A DNA stretch of 64,000 nucleotides from a virus. The notes under the pieces were generated by a model that had not been told where the DNA came from, searched no databases, and was given only the letters and a program-made list of their open reading frames with translations. Positions 57,059 to 64,000 of this stretch are shown here, piece after piece. The position numbers and the translations under genes are program-made. Where the stretch lies: the IMG/VR virus record IMGVR_UViG_3300045988_182948; one strand, written 5' to 3'. How positions within the stretch are numbered: position 1 is the first letter of the stretch; the number at the start of each line of letters is the position of its first letter.

Positions 57059-58087
57059 ATGCCACCAAAAAAGAAATCGATGAGTGATACGGGAACACAT
57101 AAGGCTTCTTCATCAAGTCTGTTCTCAGCTCTTGGAGATGGAATAGATGTTACTGGTTTTGACCCAGATTCAAAAACAGTGAGTGAAACATCCAGATTTA
57201 GAACCGAATATCTAGAACTATCAAAAATTATAGACAATAAAAGTAACAATTTTAGAGCCTTGGATACATTCTATTTGGAATTGTCAATTGCAAAGGTAGG
57301 GCAACTTCAACCAATTATTCTAGTTCCAGAAGTTGTAGAAGGAAAATCAACTGGGCTCTATGAAATAAAAGTGGGGTCTCGACGTTTTGCTGCATTAAAT
57401 AGGCTACTAGAAAAAGCTTTTAAAAAGAGTAATCAAAAGGACATTGAAAAGTACTCAAAAGCTTTTGCAATTATTCTGCCTTATGGTGCTACTCAAGATG
57501 AAATTGAAACAATTTATCGAGAAACGAATACTACAGCCAGACCATTAACTGTAGAAGAAGTTTTCGCCCATTTTGATGGTATCTTTAAAATAAGTGACAC
57601 AGGTGAATTTGTTCATATTCCAAAAGGTGTCAACAAGTATGAATATGTATCCAAAGAGTTTAAGAGGATGGGATTTGATTTTTCGGCAACAAAAGTCAAA
57701 GAGTACTTAACAATTTATAGTGCATCTGATAAAAGAGTTACAGACTGGTTTGAAGATAAGCTTTTAACACGTCAGCAGGCTGTAGAAGTGTCAAGAATGC
57801 CTTCGGCTATGCAAATATCTGTAATGGATAAGTTTGAGCAGATGACAACTAAGGAAATAAGTGATTATATTAAGACTTACATGCTGGAAAAGAAAACAGA
57901 GAAGCTTACAAAGAAAATGAGAGGAATCGATGCAATTAGCTTTGTAATAAAGAGCAATAAAAATCTGAAACATATTGCAGTAATGGAAAATATCAGATTT
58001 CAATCAGAAGATGAGAAACTTAGTTTCTTAAGTCAGATACAGGAGCTTCAGGACCATTTGAATAAAATTGAAAAGTTATTAAAATAA
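57059..58087 (+). CDS. parB: ParB-like partition protein
   Basis: YEIKVGSRRFAAL corresponds to the ParB GERRxRA box. Lies immediately downstream of parA. Confidence 0.6.
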   Translation: MPPKKKSMSDTGTHKASSSSLFSALGDGIDVTGFDPDSKTVSETSRFRTEYLELSKIIDNKSNNFRALDTFYLELSIAKVGQLQPIILVPEVVEGKSTGLYEIKVGSRRFAALNRLLEKAFKKSNQKDIEKYSKAFAIILPYGATQDEIETIYRETNTTARPLTVEEVFAHFDGIFKISDTGEFVHIPKGVNKYEYVSKEFKRMGFDFSATKVKEYLTIYSASDKRVTDWFEDKLLTRQQAVEVSRMPSAMQISVMDKFEQMTTKEISDYIKTYMLEKKTEKLTKKMRGIDAISFVIKSNKNLKHIAVMENIRFQSEDEKLSFLSQIQELQDHLNKIEKLLK

Positions 58088-58102
58088 TAAATGAGCATTA
58101 TA

Positions 58103-58130
58103 AAAAGGGCTAATTAACCCTTTTTATTTT
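58103..58130 (+). terminator. terminator after parB that also carries a parS-like palindrome (GGGCTAATTAACCC)
   Basis: Hairpin AGGGCTAATTAACCCT followed by TTTTTATTTTTT. Confidence 0.5.
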
Positions 58131-58155
58131 TTGTCCTATTGTAACAATAGGACAA
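58131..58155. promoter_or_regulatory. perfect 12-1-12 palindrome TTGTCCTATTGT-A-ACAATAGGACAA (operator candidate)
   Basis: Seen in sequence, about 105 nt upstream of the gene starting at 58261. Confidence 0.4.
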
Positions 58156-58260
58156 CACATATCTGTAGATATGTGATACAATATATATGTAAATTTAAAC
58201 GAGGCATCAGGACTATATTTTCATAATATAGTCTTTTTTGTGCTCAAAAGGAGGAAATTT

Positions 58261-58917
58261 ATGAGTTTAAAAAGTAGATTGAAAGAAAATCAAACAGAAG
58301 GAGATGTAAAAGAAGATGTTAAGAAATCTTTGAGTGAGGAAGAAACAGAAAAAATGAGCGATACATATGAAACACCAGAACGAATTGCGTTCAGCAAAGG
58401 AGAAAAAGATTACCCAAAAAAAATAGACAAAGTTTATGCTCAAATGAAAACAGGAGATGTTTTTTTAGAAGTTCTTGAAGATGGTTTTAATCTAACTAAT
58501 GAAGATAAGGGATATAACACAAAAATTCATATCAATTTCTCTCAGCTGGATAAAAGTATGAAACAAAAAGCATTTAAAAGTCATTATCTTGACTTAACTA
58601 ATTTTCTATATTTAAGAAACATTTTTCTCTCAGGCAAATATTCCGTATTAGAAGAATTGGAAAGAGCGACGTTAAATGCTACAAAAAAATATTGTGAAAG
58701 TATTTTTTCTGAGTATAAACAGCCTGATAAAAGTATTTCAAATACTTTTTATGTAACTCCAGGAATGAAACAAGGCAATTGGATGATTGGCATTGTAGAA
58801 GTGAATTCAAAGACTAAGGAAAACCAAAGAATTCAGGTGCCAGTTACAACTGCCCGATTGATTGCCATGCTTGAGCTTATTTATTTAGCTTACCAGAGAC
58901 ATCTTTTTAGAAACTAA
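58261..58917 (+). CDS. hypothetical protein (start moved to the ATG after AAGGAGG)
   Basis: The ORF track starts at 58240, but the SD AAGGAGG lies inside that extension. MSLKSRLKEN... follows it with 7-nt spacing. Confidence 0.45.
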   Translation: MSLKSRLKENQTEGDVKEDVKKSLSEEETEKMSDTYETPERIAFSKGEKDYPKKIDKVYAQMKTGDVFLEVLEDGFNLTNEDKGYNTKIHINFSQLDKSMKQKAFKSHYLDLTNFLYLRNIFLSGKYSVLEELERATLNATKKYCESIFSEYKQPDKSISNTFYVTPGMKQGNWMIGIVEVNSKTKENQRIQVPVTTARLIAMLELIYLAYQRHLFRN

Positions 58918-58945
58918 TATTTCAATTGAACAGGAGGAGCTTTAA

Positions 58946-61249
58946 ATGGACTTAAGATTAAAGGATAGATACAAGCAAAGGCTGGCGAAGAATTCTATGC
59001 CAGCTTCTTCTCATAAAAAGGAAAATGAACTGGAAACAATTAGAGGTGCTGTTCAATATCGAATTGTACCTAGAGGATTTTTAGAATCAGATAAGTTAAT
59101 CTGGGTAGTCATGGATATTAAGGATGTTGCCACAAAAGAGCATATCAAAGTTGTTGGAGAAACCAATCACTACAATGTTGGAGACTATTTGGAATTTTAT
59201 GGAACATGGGTAGAAAGAAATGGAAAAAAAGAATTTCATTTTAAATATGCATTAAGAGTAGATGATGATTATGTTGGTGCAACAGCTATGCTAGCTTTTC
59301 TATTTGGAGCAAAGACAGCAAAAAGAATTATTGAGCATTATGATAACAAACCTCAAGAACCTATGAATATTTTTAAAAACAATGAAGAGAGATTTAGAGA
59401 AGATATGAAGTCAGTTAAGGGAATAGGTGATAAAAAAATTCAAAAGGCCTATGAGAAACATAAAAAATATATTGCAGTTGATGCTCTTTATTTTAAATTT
59501 GCAAGATTCAATCTTTCATTGTCAAAGGCTCTTAAACTTATTAAAAAGTGGGGAAGTGCAGCAGCCGATATTATTGATGAGAATGTTTATCAGTTAATTC
59601 ATATTGATGGTTTCTCATTTGAAACAATTGATAGAATTGGATTAGGATATTATAAGTTTGATAAAAAGGATGGAAGGAGAATAGAAGCATATCTTATTCA
59701 AATTCTAAAAAATGCTGCATCAGGAAAAGGAGACTGTTTTTTGCCATTAGAAGGACAGGAAGGTCTTATTGCTCAGGCACAATTAGGCTTAAATATATCA
59801 GATAATCTTATTAGAGAAAAAGTCATTGACCTTATCTATAAACAAAAGTTGTACAAAAGATTATATGAAGGCAATATAGTTATATATCTTCCTCATATTT
59901 ATAAAGCTGAAAAAACTGTTGTGCAAATAGTTTCATCTGCAATACATAAGAATAAAGTTATCAAAGAAGATAAAGTTGATATGATAATTGCTGATTATGA
60001 AAAGAGAAAAGGCTTTACTCTTGCAAACAAACAGAAGGAAAGTATTAAAACCTCATGTATTAATCAGTTTAGCATAATATCTGGTCCACCTGGTTCTGGC
60101 AAAACAACAATTGTTGATGTCATATGTGAAGTTTTTAGAAGGCATAAAAAAACATGTAATATCAAATTGGCTGCCTTGGCTGGGAAAGCAGCAACACGAA
60201 TGGCTGAAACAACAGGGATAGAAGCCAGTACAATTCATAGATTGCTAGGATATAATCCAGACACTGGATGGACATATAATGAAAAAAATCAGTTGCCAAA
60301 TGTTGACTTGCTAATTATTGATGAGTTTTCTATGGTTGACATTCTTCTGTTTGAGAAATTGATGAAAGCTGTCTCAAGAGATACCGTTGTGATTTGTGTA
60401 GGAGATAAAGACCAGTTACCATCAGTGGATTGTGGACAGGTTTTAGAAGACCTAATTGATGTTCCCTATATTCCTAAAACCATTCTGGAAGAAATCTATA
60501 GACAAAAAAAGGATAGCACCATTTTAAAAAGAGCTCTTGCATTTAATAAAGAACAAATTCCCTCTTTAACTGAAGCGAAGGATTTTAAATTTATTTCCTG
60601 TGAGGTAAATGATATTAAAAAGACTTCAGAGACTGTCTTAAATTTATATGTAAATAAAATTAAGCAATGGGGAATAAAGAACGTCTGTCTCATGGTTCCA
60701 CAAAATGTCAAAGAACTAGGAGGAGATATAATGAATCTTCAACTTCAAGGAATTATTAATCCGCCTGATAAAAGCAAAGCTGAAATCAGTAGTGGGCATA
60801 AAAGAGTTTTTAGAGAGGGTGATAGAGTTATCCAGTTGAAGAATATTGAGAATGGGATTTCAAATGGAATGGTTGGAACTGTTATTGAATGTTTTCCTAC
60901 GGATAGACATATAGCATCAGAAGATAAGTTTACAGTATTATTTGATAATGGAAATGAAAAGACATATGCCAGAGAAGATTTTGATATGTTAAAGCTTGCA
61001 TATGCATTAACTATTCACAAAAGCCAAGGTTCAGAATATAAATGCATCATTATGCTGATGGATGAGCATCAGAGATTTATGATAAGAAAGAAATTAGTCT
61101 ATACAGGAATGACTCGATGTAAAGATGAACTTTTTATCGTTGGACAGGAAAAGATGTTTGAGCATGCCTTGAAAAATAAAGATAAGCGAAGAAATACTAT
61201 GTTAACTCACTTATTTATGGAATATAAAGAAGGAGCCACAATTTCGTGA
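58946..61249 (+). CDS. RecD/TraA-like superfamily 1 helicase
   Basis: Walker A GPPGSGKTT, Walker B LLIIDEFSMVD and the C-terminal AYALTIHKSQGSEY motif. Confidence 0.75.
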   Translation: MDLRLKDRYKQRLAKNSMPASSHKKENELETIRGAVQYRIVPRGFLESDKLIWVVMDIKDVATKEHIKVVGETNHYNVGDYLEFYGTWVERNGKKEFHFKYALRVDDDYVGATAMLAFLFGAKTAKRIIEHYDNKPQEPMNIFKNNEERFREDMKSVKGIGDKKIQKAYEKHKKYIAVDALYFKFARFNLSLSKALKLIKKWGSAAADIIDENVYQLIHIDGFSFETIDRIGLGYYKFDKKDGRRIEAYLIQILKNAASGKGDCFLPLEGQEGLIAQAQLGLNISDNLIREKVIDLIYKQKLYKRLYEGNIVIYLPHIYKAEKTVVQIVSSAIHKNKVIKEDKVDMIIADYEKRKGFTLANKQKESIKTSCINQFSIISGPPGSGKTTIVDVICEVFRRHKKTCNIKLAALAGKAATRMAETTGIEASTIHRLLGYNPDTGWTYNEKNQLPNVDLLIIDEFSMVDILLFEKLMKAVSRDTVVICVGDKDQLPSVDCGQVLEDLIDVPYIPKTILEEIYRQKKDSTILKRALAFNKEQIPSLTEAKDFKFISCEVNDIKKTSETVLNLYVNKIKQWGIKNVCLMVPQNVKELGGDIMNLQLQGIINPPDKSKAEISSGHKRVFREGDRVIQLKNIENGISNGMVGTVIECFPTDRHIASEDKFTVLFDNGNEKTYAREDFDMLKLAYALTIHKSQGSEYKCIIMLMDEHQRFMIRKKLVYTGMTRCKDELFIVGQEKMFEHALKNKDKRRNTMLTHLFMEYKEGATIS

Positions 61250-61324
61250 TTATGACAGATACAAAGTTTCTAATAACGAGGAGGAGCCATAAATTCATGA
61301 ATTTGACATGTTGGAGGAATAAAA

Positions 61325-61852
61325 ATGAAAAAAAGACTTATTTTGGATTTTGATGGAACTCTGGTTGAATTTAAACCAGTTGAGAGATTAGATGAACTAT
61401 TGACTCCTGGATATTTTTCAAAACTATTTGTTTTTGAGAATGTTGTTTTAGCTATTCAGGAATTATACAAAAGGCATCCAGAAATAGATATACTTATAGG
61501 AAGTAAAGTGTTAGATGCACCACATATTCCAAAAGACAAAGATGTAATTATAGATAAGCACTTGCCATTTATAAATAGAGAAAATAGAATCTATATCCCT
61601 TATGATGCTAAAAAAACCGATTATATACAAATTACGTCTTGTGATTATGTTTTGGATGATTTAACAAAAAACCTTGTAGAGGTTGAAGAGAGTGGGGGAC
61701 ATGGTATCAAACTCTTGAATGGAATAAACGCTAATAAAAGAACATGGAAAGGACCAGCTGTACATAAGGATTATCCTTATACGCTTATTGTTGAGCAGCT
61801 AGAAATTTACATGAATTTGAAGGAGAAAGAAAATGAAATGGAAAAAGTATAA
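61325..61852 (+). CDS. 5'(3')-deoxyribonucleotidase-like HAD-fold protein
   Basis: LILDFDGTLVEF (DxDGT nucleophile motif). 175 aa. Confidence 0.5.
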   Translation: MKKRLILDFDGTLVEFKPVERLDELLTPGYFSKLFVFENVVLAIQELYKRHPEIDILIGSKVLDAPHIPKDKDVIIDKHLPFINRENRIYIPYDAKKTDYIQITSCDYVLDDLTKNLVEVEESGGHGIKLLNGINANKRTWKGPAVHKDYPYTLIVEQLEIYMNLKEKENEMEKV

Positions 61853-63671
61853 TAAGACAAGTGGATTGCATGTATGTCCTCAAATGGATATGTATCTTAC
61901 ATCTTGTGGATTTACCAAGGCATCCGCCTACTACTTAACTCACCCTTGTGAGATGCATGATAAATATCTTCTACACGATTTAAGAGAAGTTGTTCATGCT
62001 ATTGGGGAGTTTATTAAAAATAATAAAAAGATAGTTATTATAGGAGATTATGATGCAGATGGAGTGACATCAACAAGCTGCTTATATTTAACTCTAGATT
62101 ATTGCGGGGCTTGTGTGGAGTATCTCATTCCACATAGAGTCAAGAATGGATATGGATTAAGTCATGCTTTGGTGGATGATGCTATTGCAATTAATGCTGA
62201 TGTTATCTTAACATGTGATAATGGCATTTCCGCCTTAGAAGCAATCCGATATGCTAAAAGCAAAGGAATCACTGTTATTGTGACAGACCACCATACACCA
62301 GGAGAAACTTTGCCAATTGCAGATTATATTGTTCATCCTGCTTTAGGAGACTATCCATTTTCTAATATAAGTGGATGTCAGACAGCATATAAACTATGCT
62401 TAGGTATCATTGAAGAATGCTCCCCATTAAAGGATAAGAAATTAATAAAAAAAGCAATGAGGAGAAAGGAATTCCAATTGAAGGACTATCTGTTTCAGCT
62501 GTCAGCAATTTCTATTGTAACTGATGTTATGCCACTTGCTTCCATTGATGAAGATACAGCAAAAGTCAATGAAAATAGAAAATGGTTAATGGATGGAATT
62601 GAAATGATTAAAAAGAATCCAGATTGGAGAATTCAAATGATGTTAAAAGAACTTGGGGTCAATCAAAAAACATTTGAAGAAACATCAATTGGGTTTTATG
62701 TTGGACCGTGTTTAAATGCAGTTGGAAGGTTAACTGATGCAGGTAAAGCAGTTCAATTTTTAACAGCACAAACTAAAGAGGAAGCAAAAAAAAGATTTTC
62801 ATTTATGTACTATATCAATGAAGAGAGAAAAAAGGTAAAGTTGGAGTGCCTAGAAAAAATTCATATGAGTGATAAACATAAGATTAATTTAATTGTCCAA
62901 AAGGAACTGCATGAAGGGGTACTTGGGATTTTGGCATCGCATTATACAAATCAGAATGGATATCCAACTTTTGTATTGACTGACTGCACAATCGAAAGTG
63001 GTCAAAAAGCTTGGAAAGGTTCAGGAAGAGGAGTAGAAGAACTAAATTTGTATGATATTCTTTCTCAGGTTCAAGATGAAACAGGGACACTCTATACCTT
63101 TGGTGGACATGCGGGGGCAGTAGGGGTTACTGTTCTGGATGAAAATATTGAACAATTTAAAAGTAGAATTACTGAAATTGTAGAGGACAGACTTGCTCAT
63201 TCCTCTTATGCAAAAAGTTATATTCAGTTAACGACAATTGAACAAAGAAAGGAAATTGCTGAAGCAGTTAAAGAATTAAAGCCTTTTGGAAATGGACTTC
63301 GTTTGCCAATCGTGGAATTAAGCTATAATGTTAAGGAAATTAATCTGTATTATAAGTCTAAACACGCTAAATTTCTTCATAAGGAACCTGATAAATCAGG
63401 AACAAAGACTATTTGGAATAATTTTGAATTATGGAACTATGGAGGATTAGAAGAAGCTAAAATACTATGTAATAGAGATTTTGTTTTATCTTTTGACAAT
63501 GTTCAAAAACTTATAGATAATGGAAAAACAGAATCTGAAGCTCAACAGCAAAAATATGAAAAATATATACGAAAAACGAAGGAATCAAGGGTGACATATA
63601 AAGTTGAAGTTGGTTATAGTGACTTTTGTGGAATGGGGCCAAGATTTAATGTTTTAGAGGTTACTTTTTAG
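61833..63671 (+). CDS. recJ: RecJ-like DHH-family single-strand DNA exonuclease
   Basis: DHH motifs (IIGDYDADGVTS, IVTDHHTP) and DHHA1 (FGGHAGAVGV). Confidence 0.65.
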   Translation: MKWKKYNKTSGLHVCPQMDMYLTSCGFTKASAYYLTHPCEMHDKYLLHDLREVVHAIGEFIKNNKKIVIIGDYDADGVTSTSCLYLTLDYCGACVEYLIPHRVKNGYGLSHALVDDAIAINADVILTCDNGISALEAIRYAKSKGITVIVTDHHTPGETLPIADYIVHPALGDYPFSNISGCQTAYKLCLGIIEECSPLKDKKLIKKAMRRKEFQLKDYLFQLSAISIVTDVMPLASIDEDTAKVNENRKWLMDGIEMIKKNPDWRIQMMLKELGVNQKTFEETSIGFYVGPCLNAVGRLTDAGKAVQFLTAQTKEEAKKRFSFMYYINEERKKVKLECLEKIHMSDKHKINLIVQKELHEGVLGILASHYTNQNGYPTFVLTDCTIESGQKAWKGSGRGVEELNLYDILSQVQDETGTLYTFGGHAGAVGVTVLDENIEQFKSRITEIVEDRLAHSSYAKSYIQLTTIEQRKEIAEAVKELKPFGNGLRLPIVELSYNVKEINLYYKSKHAKFLHKEPDKSGTKTIWNNFELWNYGGLEEAKILCNRDFVLSFDNVQKLIDNGKTESEAQQQKYEKYIRKTKESRVTYKVEVGYSDFCGMGPRFNVLEVTF

Positions 63672-63858
63672 TAGCCTTTTTTTATATATTAGTAAGGTAA
63701 TGTACAACTGAGTAGCGTCTGTTTAATAATATATATAGGTTATATATTACACTTCTTAAGATATGTGATACAATAATAATGAAATATATAACGAGCAGAG
63801 GATATGTCATGAAGGCGTATCCTCTTTTGGTTAATAAACAAAAAAGGAGGAAATTTTA

Positions 63859-64000
63859 TGTTAACAGCGTTTGATGAGAAAGCGCAAAAAGCAATTGTCA
63901 TTGCAGAGAGTATTGCTTTTGATTTAGGACATAGTAGTGTAGGAAGTGAACATCTTCTCTTATCTCTTTTGAAGATAAAAGATTGTCCTTTTTCTAAGAT
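63859..64000 (+). CDS. ClpC/ClpB-like AAA+ chaperone, N-terminal Clp_N repeat; truncated by the window end
   Basis: AAAGGAGG SD, then MLTAFDEKAQKAIVIAESIAFDLGHSSVGSEHLLLSLLK, the Clp_N repeat signature. Confidence 0.6.

Overview
This is a low-GC (~30%) Firmicutes-type sequence that reads as part of a large extrachromosomal replicon, either a megaplasmid or a phage-plasmid. No phage structural genes are visible. The replicon backbone is a RepA_N-family replication initiator (43558-45270), a ParA/ParB partition locus with clustered 14-bp palindromic parS-like sites, a type IA topoisomerase (TopB-like), a RecD-like helicase, a RecJ-like DHH exonuclease, two DnaQ-like exonucleases, a RuvC-like resolvase, a Y-family polymerase and a 5'(3')-deoxyribonucleotidase. 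The most striking feature is a minus-strand array of at least 21-23 tRNA genes (38189-42231), transcribed from a perfect sigma-A consensus promoter at 42338-42366. An AT-rich 359-aa ORF sits inside the array, and several of the tRNAs look non-canonical by manual folding. Other content is listed below.
- A ~255-nt structured, terminator-ended non-coding element is present in two direct copies (14035-14289 and 27196-27461). Together they bracket a 13-kb block that holds a NYN-domain protein, a DnaQ exonuclease, a MoxR/CobS-like AAA+ ATPase paired with a vWA protein carrying an HExxH motif, an XRE regulator, a PD-(D/E)xK-like protein, and an operon of nucleotidyltransferase, TM protein and Y-family polymerase.
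- A membrane-protease cluster: lipoprotein, signal peptidase I, a short FtsH-like AAA metalloprotease and an A24 prepilin peptidase.
- Two metallophosphoesterases, an NrnA-like DHH phosphoesterase, a SLOG/DUF2493 protein, a Panacea-domain protein (putative antitoxin), a Zn-less SIR2-like protein, a large protein ending in a TerD-like domain, flotillin and an HD-GYP protein.
- Sporulation-regulator homologues: SpoVS, a tandem SpoVG-domain protein and a PP2C phosphatase.
- The start of a ClpC-like gene at the window end.

All calls come from reading the ORF translations and the DNA by eye. No searches were run.
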